Shown: piece by piece, positions 16,553-24,042 of the stretch | How positions within the stretch are numbered: the first letter of the stretch is position 1 | Layout: every line of letters begins with the position of its first letter | Origin: a virus | Taxonomy: Duplodnaviria; Caudoviricetes | Strand: one strand, 5' to 3' | DNA length: 35,953 nt | IMG/VR virus record: IMGVR_UViG_3300027819_000036 | Location: 1-35,953 of that record | The notes under the pieces: generated by a model | What the model was told of the DNA's origin: nothing | Databases searched by the model: none | Seen by the model: only the letters and a program-made list of their open reading frames with translations | Position numbers and translations under genes: made by a program

Positions 16553-17752
16553 GTGGCTCGCACTACCGCCACGCCCCGCGTCCAGGTGGCCTGGACGGGG
16601 CAGCAGACGGGCGTCTTCCGCCTGGATATCTCCCTCCTCGACGGCACCGACGTGCTCGCGGGCTCGTTCGGAAACAACACCTTCGACGCGATCACGGCCG
16701 ACGTGAAGAGCTGCACGATCACGCGCGGGCGCCACGGCGACGCCGGCTCGATCGAGCAGGGGCGGTGCGTCCTGCGGCTGAAGGACTCGACGGGGAAATA
16801 CAACCCCGAGAACGCGGCCAGCCCCCTCGCCGGCTCCCTCGACACGCACAAGCCGCTCCGGGTCCAGGCGGACCATCTCGGCACCACCTACGGCCTGTTC
16901 TATGGGTTCGTCAGCCGGATTGAGCACGACCCCGATCGCAAAGCGCAGGAGAGCACGATCGAGGCGGTCGATTTCTTTGAGTGGCTGAACGCCGCCAAGC
17001 CGACGATCGCCAGCACGGGCGCCACCACGGTCGGCGCGGCCATCGGCCTCATCCTCGACGCCCTGGAGTGGACCGATCCGAGCTTCCGCGCCCTGGACAC
17101 CGGGCGCAGTGTCCCCGACTTCTCGGCCGACGGGACCAAGAGCGGCCTCACGCTGATCCAGGAGCTGCTGCAGGTCGACCTTGGTTTCTTCTTCGTGGAC
17201 GGCGCCGGGATCGTGACCTATCTCTCGAGCGACACGCGCTGGAAAGCGCGCGCGGTGGACGACACGTTCAGTGGCTCGCTCGTGAGCCGCGGGAAGCCTG
17301 GCGTCGACAAGCAGCGGATCGTCAATCGCCAGACCGTCACGCGAACGGGCGGCGTGGCGCAGACCAGCTCCGCGAACGACGGCAAGCCCTACTACGACGG
17401 CTCGCCCATCTCCAGCGGCTACCTGAGCAGCGATACCGACGCGCTCAGCCTGGCGCAGATGATCGTGGCGCTGCGCAAGGCCGGCTCTCCGCCGGTCCGC
17501 GAGCTGGAGCTCTGGAACCGCGACGACACGGCGATCGCCAAGCAGCTCGGCCGCGAGCTGGGTGACCTGGTGAGTTTCAGCGAGTCCGGCGGCGGCACCA
17601 GCCTGACGGGCTCGATCGAAGGCATTGCGCACGAGATTAGCAGCGCCGGCAAGCTGCACAAGACGACCTATCTGCTCACCAAGCGCGTGCTTAACGCGTT
17701 CACGCTCGACGTCTCGGCGCTCGACAGCACGACCGACGTGCTGAGTTACTAG
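16553..17752 (+). CDS. Tail tip/baseplate hub protein (Dit/Tal-like)
   Basis: Follows TMP; DITADVKSCTITRGR, LFYGFVSRI, FFVDGAGIVTY, IVNRQTVTR, RELGDLV, IEGIAHEI. Confidence 0.75.
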   Translation: MARTTATPRVQVAWTGQQTGVFRLDISLLDGTDVLAGSFGNNTFDAITADVKSCTITRGRHGDAGSIEQGRCVLRLKDSTGKYNPENAASPLAGSLDTHKPLRVQADHLGTTYGLFYGFVSRIEHDPDRKAQESTIEAVDFFEWLNAAKPTIASTGATTVGAAIGLILDALEWTDPSFRALDTGRSVPDFSADGTKSGLTLIQELLQVDLGFFFVDGAGIVTYLSSDTRWKARAVDDTFSGSLVSRGKPGVDKQRIVNRQTVTRTGGVAQTSSANDGKPYYDGSPISSGYLSSDTDALSLAQMIVALRKAGSPPVRELELWNRDDTAIAKQLGRELGDLVSFSESGGGTSLTGSIEGIAHEISSAGKLHKTTYLLTKRVLNAFTLDVSALDSTTDVLSY

Positions 17753-17762
17753 AGGAGGCCCC

Positions 17763-18167
17763 GTGACCGTCAACTCGACCTGGACGGACCCGACCACACT
17801 CGACAAGGCGGTGGGGGCGACCTTGCCGTCCGCCGATTTAGACAAGATGCTGTCCGACCTGCTCCACCTGGGCGGGACGGACGGCAATGGCCGCAGCCAG
17901 GTCACCAAGACCGGCGATTACACGATCCTGACGACCGACGGCTACACCCACGTCTACGCCAACAAAGCCACCGCGATCACGATCACCTTGCCGTCAGCCG
18001 CCGCGAGCACCAATCGCCAGATCACGATCAAATCCATCGGTGCGGGCGCCTGCACGATCGCGCGCGCGGGTGCCGACACGATCGACGGCGCCACCAGTCA
18101 GACGCTCGCCCAGTTCGACTCCATGACCCTGATCTCCGACGGCGGGACAGACTGGCGGCTCACGTGA
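17763..18167 (+). CDS. Tail fibre-like protein
   Basis: GAGGAGG RBS; TKTGDYTI...ITITLPSAA...ITIK...DTIDGATSQTL...LISDGGTDW fibre module. Confidence 0.7.
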   Translation: MTVNSTWTDPTTLDKAVGATLPSADLDKMLSDLLHLGGTDGNGRSQVTKTGDYTILTTDGYTHVYANKATAITITLPSAAASTNRQITIKSIGAGACTIARAGADTIDGATSQTLAQFDSMTLISDGGTDWRLT

Positions 18168-18607
18168 GTTACCTGCCCTCCAAGTTTCCGCCCGCGGCCG
18201 TGCACCGCTGCCGGGGCATCGGCTCGACCACGTCGGTCCCGCTCAGCACCACCGCAACGCTCGCCCTGGGCGCCGCCGACATCACCGACGCGGCCTATTT
18301 CACGATCGGGGCGAATTCGGTGACCTGCCTGAAGGCGGGATACGTCGTCGCTTCGATCGGCGGCTCGATCGCCGTCTCGACGCCCTGGAATACGAACTAC
18401 GCGGTCTACAACCAGGGCTCGCTGAAAGACACCGGGCCGGCCAACCAGGCAGCCGGCGGCTCGGGCGTCTCGGCCAGTTTCCTGGTGGCGGCGAACGACG
18501 TGATCACGTTCCGGGGCATCAACTCCGACACGGGCGCCGCACACAACTTCTTCACGACCGGCATGTGGGAGGTCGTGTTCGTGCCCACGAAGGCCAACCC
18601 GCAGTGA
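18164..18607 (+). CDS. Putative receptor-binding / C1q-like beta-sandwich tail protein
   Basis: GTGA coupling; VTCLKAGYVVASI and FLVAANDVITF resemble C1q/BclA-type strands. Confidence 0.5.
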   Translation: MSYLPSKFPPAAVHRCRGIGSTTSVPLSTTATLALGAADITDAAYFTIGANSVTCLKAGYVVASIGGSIAVSTPWNTNYAVYNQGSLKDTGPANQAAGGSGVSASFLVAANDVITFRGINSDTGAAHNFFTTGMWEVVFVPTKANPQ

Positions 18608-18906
18608 CGACCGACCAGGTGGTCGCCGTGGCCACCGCGATCGTGCTGTCGCTCGGCGGTGCGGTGGGACTGCTCTACCGCGCCCTCCTGGCAGCCAAGG
18701 ACCAGACGGTCTCTCTCGTGGTGTCGGCGCTCAAGGAATCAATCGTTGCCCACCACGATGCAGCATCCGCAATGACCCGCCAGAGTGAGGCCATTAATGG
18801 CCTATCGGCCACCCTGAACGCGAGCCTGCTGTCCAGCAGCCGGGAGCATTCGAGTCTACTGAGCGAAATTCGCGCCCAACGTAAGGCGCCGCGAAAGGTT
18901 ATTTGA
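18604..18906 (+). CDS. Membrane-anchored coiled-coil lysis protein (holin/antiholin-like, 100 aa)
   Basis: GTGA coupling; N-terminal TM VVAVATAIVLSLGGAVGLLY, then heptad-like region; directly before endolysin. Confidence 0.6.
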   Translation: MTTDQVVAVATAIVLSLGGAVGLLYRALLAAKDQTVSLVVSALKESIVAHHDAASAMTRQSEAINGLSATLNASLLSSSREHSSLLSEIRAQRKAPRKVI

Positions 18907-18907
18907 C

Positions 18908-19804
18908 ATGCGCGCAGTCGATGTCTCGAACTACACCGACCCGCCCACGCCCGCCGTGCTCGATGCCTGGCAGGCGGCGGGCGTGGGCCTGGTGATCGTG
19001 CAGGCGTTCCCGCCGAGCTACGCGGACAAGTACGCGGAGCAGATGGAGCAGGAGCGCCTGTGCCACGAGCGCGGACTCCCATTCGACAACTACCTCTACG
19101 ACTACCTAGGCGATCCGACATGGCGCGATGGATGTTTGGAGGGGATGTCTCTCGCCGTGCAAGGGGGGTTGGTCCCACGAGCGGCCTGGCTAGACGAGGA
19201 AGATGTCGAGACCGAGCGTGGTTGGAGCACCGGTCAGCGCGTGGAGGCGATACAGGCATCATGCGACGCGGTAGATACTTGGTGCGCCGGGCATGCCGTC
19301 CCGGGCCGTGCACGCATTTACACAGCAGCGTGGTGGTGGGTGCCGCTGACCGACAACAGCACGGCTTTCGCGGACCGTGATCTGTGGACCGCGCAGTACG
19401 ACGGAGTGGACGACGCGAGCGTCTTCACGCCGTACGGTGGCTGGGATCACGCGGCGATCAAGCAATACGCGGGCACATCGGTTCTCGGGGGCGTTGGTGG
19501 TCTCGACCTGGACGTACTGAGCATCGAAGAAGAGGCCGCGATGGTGGCCCCGGAGCCAGAGCCGCCAGCCACCCCGGCGCGCGAGACGCCCGACGATTGG
19601 CAGTGGTCGACCTGGCGCGAAGCCGCGATCAACCTGCACGCGATCGCCGCCGAGCTGGGTCAGCAGGCTGCGAGCACGCACACGGCATGGACCGAGGCAG
19701 AGACGGCGCTCGCCACCTGCACGCAGCACGCGGCCGACCTCTCCGCCCAGCTCACGCAGCTCCAGCGGGCGGGCAAAGACGACTGGAAGAACGATCCGAA
19801 GTGA
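18908..19804 (+). CDS. Endolysin, GH25-like muramidase with C-terminal helical domain
   Basis: AVDVSNY, AWLDEE (DxE), RIYT..WW, LWTAQY, IKQY, LDLD; Pro-rich linker then coiled coil. Confidence 0.88.
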   Translation: MRAVDVSNYTDPPTPAVLDAWQAAGVGLVIVQAFPPSYADKYAEQMEQERLCHERGLPFDNYLYDYLGDPTWRDGCLEGMSLAVQGGLVPRAAWLDEEDVETERGWSTGQRVEAIQASCDAVDTWCAGHAVPGRARIYTAAWWWVPLTDNSTAFADRDLWTAQYDGVDDASVFTPYGGWDHAAIKQYAGTSVLGGVGGLDLDVLSIEEEAAMVAPEPEPPATPARETPDDWQWSTWREAAINLHAIAAELGQQAASTHTAWTEAETALATCTQHAADLSAQLTQLQRAGKDDWKNDPK

Positions 19805-19819
19805 AAGGAGCCTAGAACA

Positions 19820-20032
19820 ATGGCCTACCGACCGCAATACGTCTCCGCCGTCGTGGTGACGGTGCTCCTGGCGATCCTGGGCGCGATCCAGGCGGGTGAT
19901 GCCGCCACGCTCGGGCTGAGCCGCCAGGTGATCGCCTGGCTCGGCATCGTCAGCGCCGGGCTCGGCATCCTGAACGGCCTGCTCCCCCGCGTGACGGCGC
20001 CCCCGAACGACGCTCGGCAGAGCATGGACTGA
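19820..20032 (+). CDS. Holin (two TM helices)
   Basis: AAAGGAG RBS; 70 aa with two hydrophobic segments; follows endolysin. Confidence 0.75.
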   Translation: MAYRPQYVSAVVVTVLLAILGAIQAGDAATLGLSRQVIAWLGIVSAGLGILNGLLPRVTAPPNDARQSMD

Positions 20033-20037
20033 CTCCC

Positions 20038-20112
20038 GTGGACTGGCTGATCCTGGCCCTGCTCGTCGTCGCCTGGCTGGCGCTGCTGAGCAGGGCCGAG
20101 CTGCCGCCGTAA
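20038..20112 (+). CDS. Possible 24-aa single-TM peptide
   Basis: GTG...TAA: MDWLILALLVVAWLALLSRAELPP; GC3-rich codons but weak RBS. Confidence 0.4.
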   Translation: MDWLILALLVVAWLALLSRAELPP

Positions 20113-20162
20113 CCCCTTCGCCTGACTGCCCGGATCCCCCTCCGGGCAGACCTCCCCTTCGC

Positions 20163-20216
20163 ACAGCCCCCCGCCCCTCGGCCACCCCCTGCCGAGGTCA
20201 GCGGGGGGCTGTTTTC
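20163..20216 (+). terminator. Intrinsic terminator at the end of the late operon, convergent with the leftward operon
   Basis: ACAGCCCCCCGC (20163-74) pairs with GCGGGGGGCTGT (20201-12), inner CCTCGGC/GCCGAGG stem, followed by TTT. Confidence 0.75.
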
Positions 20217-20425
20217 GTTGCGTCTGTGGCGCGTTTCGGCCGTCCCGGCGGGCGCAGGCGGACCGCGTCCAGGTCGGTCGGGGCGACCATCCACGCACGG
20301 CCAAACCGCCGCGCGCGGAGCCGCCCGTCCCGGATCAGGGCCTGCACGCGCCGCAGGCTCACGCCCAGCTCGCGCGCCACCTCGGGCGTGGTGAGGTCGA
20401 TGGCGCCGCTGGTCAAGGGAGTCAC
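20198..20425 (-). CDS. Excisionase-family (HTH_17/MerR-like) DNA-binding protein, 75 aa
   Basis: GTGA overlap with upstream stop; LTTPEVARELGVSLRRVQALIRDGRLRARRFGRAWMV...RPPGRPK. Confidence 0.85.
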   Translation of the reverse strand: MTPLTSGAIDLTTPEVARELGVSLRRVQALIRDGRLRARRFGRAWMVAPTDLDAVRLRPPGRPKRATDATKTAPR

Positions 20426-20592
20426 GGCCGCGATCGTGTTCCGGGACGTGGGTAGTGGCCGTAGGCGCCGCACCGCAGGCACTGGACCAGGGCCTCGGTG
20501 CCGGCGCTGCACTCGTCGCACTCACACCGCCGGTCTTCGCCCAGGTTGTCATCTCCGCACCGCTGGCACAACTCCTGCTCTGTCGTCGTCAT
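20422..20592 (-). CDS. Small Cys-rich (zinc-finger-like) protein, 56 aa
   Basis: GAGGAG RBS; MTTTEQELCQRC...CECDEC...CLRCGAYGH. Confidence 0.7.
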   Translation of the reverse strand: MTTTEQELCQRCGDDNLGEDRRCECDECSAGTEALVQCLRCGAYGHYPRPGTRSRP

Positions 20593-20595
20593 GGT
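20575..20595 (-). repeat. 21-bp gene-start repeat, copy 1
   Basis: CTGCTCTGTCGTCGTCATGGT, identical to 20974-20994; encodes ACC-ATG-TTTEQ on the minus strand. Confidence 0.95.
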
Positions 20596-20645
20596 TCTGT
20601 CTCCTCTCGATTGGCCTGCCTCATCGGCGCGTGGGCTGCGTCCCA

Positions 20646-20676
20646 CGAGGACCGGGCTTGCTAGGCCCGGTCCTCG
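20646..20676. terminator. 12-bp stem hairpin between the two MTTTEQ genes
   Basis: CGAGGACCGGGC-ttgctag-GCCCGGTCCTCG; no U-tract. Confidence 0.6.
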
Positions 20677-20679
20677 GCG

Positions 20680-20991
20680 TTAGAACCGGAAACCCCCTGC
20701 TGGTGTCGCAATACGTCCTGCCTCAAACTCAAAGGTGGCGAACGGCTCGTGTGCGGGCGACAGGTGCGCAGCCCGGGCCAGTCCGTTGCGGGTGACGATC
20801 CGGAGATTCAGGCGCTTGGTCGTGCTGTAGATGTCGGTCCCGGTGATCTCTCGGTGGGCAACGTCCAGGACTGCCTTGCGGTCGTCGCCGAACGCTAGCA
20901 CCTCAGGGAGTCCCTGGCTGCCGGTTCGGGTGATCGCGTAAAACCGCGGTCGATTCGCTGGGCGGCTGGTGATCTGCTCTGTCGTCGTCAT
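20680..20991 (-). CDS. Hypothetical protein, 103 aa, first gene of the leftward operon
   Basis: AAGGGAG RBS; begins MTTTEQ; downstream of a consensus-like promoter. Confidence 0.75.
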   Translation of the reverse strand: MTTTEQITSRPANRPRFYAITRTGSQGLPEVLAFGDDRKAVLDVAHREITGTDIYSTTKRLNLRIVTRNGLARAAHLSPAHEPFATFEFEAGRIATPAGGFRF

Positions 20992-20994
20992 GGT
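20974..20994 (-). repeat. 21-bp gene-start repeat, copy 2
   Basis: Identical to 20575-20595. Confidence 0.95.
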
Positions 20995-21016
20995 CTCTTC
21001 TCTCCCTTACCCACTA

Positions 21017-21045
21017 ACTATACGCCCGCGCGCACAGAATAGCAA
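21017..21045 (-). promoter_or_regulatory. Sigma70/SigA-type promoter of the leftward operon
   Basis: Minus strand TTGCTA-17 bp-TATAGT, about 25 nt upstream of ATG 20991. Confidence 0.8.
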
Positions 21046-21095
21046 CGGGTTGGCGCGGATTGTGACACGGGCCGGCGCCATCTCGGCCCTGCCGG

Positions 21096-21296
21096 TTACC
21101 GCCCCGGTTACGGCCTCCTGGAGGAGCCTGGGGGAGCCTCAGGGATGCTCAATGCAACGAGAGAAGGGCAGGCGCGGCAGGACTTGAACCCGCAACCCCC
21201 GGTTTTGGAGGCATAGGGGTTTGAGCACCGTGATCCATCGGATCTGAGTTCAGATCGGTCGTTACAGCCACGCTTGAGCAGGCCACCATTACGGCC
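21096..21296. repeat. attP arm-type and RDF-type repeats
   Basis: TTACnGCC at 21096, 21108, 21262 and 21289 (two each side of the core); 10-bp periodic GAGGAGCCTG/GGGGAGCCTC/AGGGATGCTC at 21121-21150. Confidence 0.7.
21167..21210 (-). other. attP: attP common core = 3' half of tRNA-Trp(CCA)
   Basis: Minus strand CTCCAAA ACCGG GGGTT GCGGG TTCAAGT CCTGC CGCGCCT GCC: anticodon loop, 3' anticodon stem, T-arm and acceptor 3' strand; 5' half absent; about 90 bp from the integrase stop. Confidence 0.92.
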
Positions 21297-21301
21297 AGAC
21301 C

Positions 21302-22480
21302 TCATCGTGGCGGGCCCCGGAGGATGGCGTCCATCGCCTCGGCCGCCTCCCGCAGCGCCTCGGGGGTGGCGTGCGCGTAGAACTCCTCGAGCGTCCGACT
21401 GCGCGCGCTGTGGCCCATGCTCTCGCGCACCACGTGGGCGGGGATCTTCTCGGCCAGCAGCAGGCTGGCATAGCTGTGGCGCAGCTCGTGGAGTTTCCAG
21501 TCGTCCAGGCCGGCCGCGGTCCGCAGCTCGGTCCACCGCGTCTGGACGTTGCGCGGGTCGAGCGGTGTGCCGGTCGGCGTGGTGAAGACGAGGACCTCGC
21601 GACCGTGGCGATCGGTGTTCGGCCAGGGCTTCCCTCGCTCCAGGCGAGCGTCTCGCTCCGTCTGCTGGCGGGCGCGGTGCTCGTGCAGCTTGGTGGCCGC
21701 GGCCCTGGGTAGCACGACGACACGCTGGTCCTCGTCGGCGCCGGGCTTCAGCTCCTCGTAGATCAGGCCGCGGCCCGGCACGCGCTGGAGCTGCCGCTGG
21801 ACCGTGATCGTGCCGGCATCCTCGTCGATGTCGGCCCAGTGGAGCCCGAGCGCTTCGCCGCGGCGAAGCCCCAGGGCGAGCGCCACCAAGAAGAGCGCTT
21901 CCAGGCGATCGCCCTGCAGGTGCTCGACGAGGGTCCACGACTGCTCGCGGGTGAGGGTCCGCCGCCGGGACTTGCGCCCCTTCGGACCGCGCACCTTGCG
22001 GACCGGATTGTCGGCGAGCATCTCGCCCTCCACGGCGTAGCGGAGGGCGGCGCTGAGCACGTTCCGCACGTTCCGGATGGTCTGCGGGGCTTTGCCTTCG
22101 GCGCGGAGATCGGCCTGGAGCTGCTGGACGTGGCGAGGACCGAGTTTTGCCAGCTTGACGCTGCCGAGGCGCGGCACCAGGTAGGTGCGGACGATGGCCG
22201 CGTAATCGGTGGCCACCCGCGCGCGGCGCGTGGTCTGCACGTCTTCGACGAGCCAGCCAGCCAGGTAGTCGGCGAGCGTGAGATCCTCCGGCGCCAGGGC
22301 GTTGCGCTCGCGAGCTCGGCGGTAGCTCGTCAGCTTGGTGAGCACGAGCGCCCGGGTCTTGCCGTAGAAGGACCGCCGTCGGCCGGTCTCCTCGTCGCGC
22401 GGGCTCTGCGCCACCCAGTAGGTGTGCCCGCCGATCGTGCGCTGGTAGAGACCGCCCTCGCCAGGACCGCGGCGTGCCAT
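21302..22480 (-). CDS. int: Tyrosine integrase
   Basis: RRGPGEGGLYQR N-terminus; catalytic GLRRGE, HELRH, MGH, FYAH; adjacent to attP. Confidence 0.97.
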   Translation of the reverse strand: MARRGPGEGGLYQRTIGGHTYWVAQSPRDEETGRRRSFYGKTRALVLTKLTSYRRARERNALAPEDLTLADYLAGWLVEDVQTTRRARVATDYAAIVRTYLVPRLGSVKLAKLGPRHVQQLQADLRAEGKAPQTIRNVRNVLSAALRYAVEGEMLADNPVRKVRGPKGRKSRRRTLTREQSWTLVEHLQGDRLEALFLVALALGLRRGEALGLHWADIDEDAGTITVQRQLQRVPGRGLIYEELKPGADEDQRVVVLPRAAATKLHEHRARQQTERDARLERGKPWPNTDRHGREVLVFTTPTGTPLDPRNVQTRWTELRTAAGLDDWKLHELRHSYASLLLAEKIPAHVVRESMGHSARSRTLEEFYAHATPEALREAAEAMDAILRGPPR

Positions 22481-22512
22481 GGACGGCTAGACGCCCCCGA
22501 CCAGGTGGGCCG

Positions 22513-22896
22513 CTAGACGTCCCATTCGACGTCGATCAGCACACCGCGACTGGGCTTGTCTTTCGTCCCGCCAACGATCTTCCAGATGCTCGCACTCGTC
22601 TTGACGCCGTCGTCGAAGAGCGACACAACCGAGGCGGCATCGGCGCGAGATAGGTAGCCAATCTGCCCGCCCTTCGTCGTCACCACGGCGACGGCGTTCG
22701 GGTCGTGTGGGTTCTTCGGCTCCCGCCTAAGGCGCACCGCCTGGCCAGCCTTGCAATGCGCGATGATCTTCTGCCGATCCGACCCATCGCGATTGGTCTG
22801 CGCCTCGCCGACGATCGAGAAGTGATTGGGTAGGCGCATCACCTGGACGTCAATATCGGTCCGTTTGCCCTGCTCACGCTTCCCAAAAAACCACAT
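22513..22896 (-). CDS. Stand-alone HIRAN domain protein
   Basis: IVGE, VRLRREPKNPHDPNAVAV, QIGYLSR; GGAGGG RBS. Confidence 0.88.
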   Translation of the reverse strand: MWFFGKREQGKRTDIDVQVMRLPNHFSIVGEAQTNRDGSDRQKIIAHCKAGQAVRLRREPKNPHDPNAVAVVTTKGGQIGYLSRADAASVVSLFDDGVKTSASIWKIVGGTKDKPSRGVLIDVEWDV

Positions 22897-22940
22897 GACC
22901 CCTCCAACTCCCGAACGGCGCCGCTCGCGCGGCCCTTGCG

Positions 22941-23765
22941 TCAGGCCGAAGCCTCGTCTACCGAGAGCCCCAGCCGGGCCAGCAGCGCGCGCCGATCGAG
23001 CGCGGGCAGGTGGCTGATGGCGCTCACCAGGTCGTCCACGCTCTGCCGGTCGCGCGCGTCGCTCCGTCGGCGCGTGCTCTCGTGGCCGGTCAGCGGGCGC
23101 CGCGAAGGCGGGCGGGTACTGACCACGGGGCCGATCAGCTCGAATCGGCTGGCCGCGAATGACTCGGCGCCCTCGTCGCCGTCGCTCTCCAGGGCCGAGC
23201 CGCTGTTGGCGAGCACCTTGACGACCATGCCGACCTCCGAGCCGTCGAGGCTCCAGGCGCGCGCCAGGACGACGTCGCCGGGCTGCGCGCCGCGCTGGGG
23301 ATCCACGAAGCAGGTCGAGCCCGGCTCGATGCCCCGGTTCGCCATGGATCGGCCGCGCACCCGGACGCCGATGCCGCGCGGTCCGAGGTCTTCAATATCT
23401 TCGGGGAAGGGCTCCCAGTCGAGCGGCTCGGCGGCGCCGGGGCCGGCGATGGGGCCGAGCGTGGCCCAGGCATAGATCGGGATCCCCGCCGCTTCCAGCC
23501 GCTGGACGTCGACGAGCTGCTCGACATTCGACGTCCGCAGCGGCCCCGGCTCCTCACCGTATAGCTCCGCCACCGTGACGCCCAGGGCGGCCGCGAGATC
23601 GCTGACTTGATCCCCCGCGATTCCTCGGATGCCCCGCTCCCACTCATAGACGGTCTGGTAGGCGGACTCGCCACGGTAGCCGACTGCCTCACCGAGCGCT
23701 CGCCGAGCAATCCCTCTCGCCTGCCGCAATTCGGCAACTCGTTTCCCGAGGTTAGCTCGTCCCAT
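22941..23765 (-). CDS. CI/LexA-like immunity repressor (Xre HTH + S24 peptidase)
   Basis: LGKRVAELRQARGI...LGEAVG...TVYEWERG HTH; RVRGRSM (Ser) and MVVK (Lys) dyad; IAG candidate cleavage site. Confidence 0.92.
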   Translation of the reverse strand: MGRANLGKRVAELRQARGIARRALGEAVGYRGESAYQTVYEWERGIRGIAGDQVSDLAAALGVTVAELYGEEPGPLRTSNVEQLVDVQRLEAAGIPIYAWATLGPIAGPGAAEPLDWEPFPEDIEDLGPRGIGVRVRGRSMANRGIEPGSTCFVDPQRGAQPGDVVLARAWSLDGSEVGMVVKVLANSGSALESDGDEGAESFAASRFELIGPVVSTRPPSRRPLTGHESTRRRSDARDRQSVDDLVSAISHLPALDRRALLARLGLSVDEASA

Positions 23766-23799
23766 GCCGGCATTGTGATGCCAATCCCCATGGATTCCA

Positions 23800-23828
23800 T
23801 TGACATTACCTTATGGGATACCTAAGAT
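23800..23828 (+). promoter_or_regulatory. Rightward lytic promoter (PR-like), overlapped by operator-like repeats
   Basis: TTGACA-17 bp-TAAGAT; inverted CCTTATGG (23809-16) / CCATAAGG (23842-49); CCAATCC at 23781 and 23837. Confidence 0.85.
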
Positions 23829-23859
23829 CGGCATATCCAATCCATAAGGACGGGCGACA

Positions 23860-24042
23860 ATGGACCAAGACGGGGAAGAGTCGAGACCCACGAGCGGAAC
23901 ACTCCAGCTTGTTCCAGCGCAATGGGAATGGCTTCGCGAGCGGTCGCGTCGGAACCTCAGCCGATCTCTATCTGCGGAGCTGCGCCGGATCGTGGCCGAC
24001 GCGATGGAGCGGGAGGCGCGGGAGACCGCGGCGGCGGCATGA
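23860..24042 (+). CDS. Ribbon-helix-helix (Arc/CopG-like) regulator in the cro position
   Basis: AAGGA RBS; TLQL strand, PAQWEWLRERSRR helix, SLSAELRRIV helix. Confidence 0.75.
   Translation: MDQDGEESRPTSGTLQLVPAQWEWLRERSRRNLSRSLSAELRRIVADAMEREARETAAAA

Noticed and set aside
21167-21210. Functional tRNA-Trp gene
   Set aside because: Only the 3' half is present; D-arm and 5' acceptor strand are missing, so it is the attP core.
22486-22523. GCTAGACG(C/T)CCC repeated upstream of int
   Set aside because: Only two short imperfect copies, one containing a stop codon; insufficient evidence for function.
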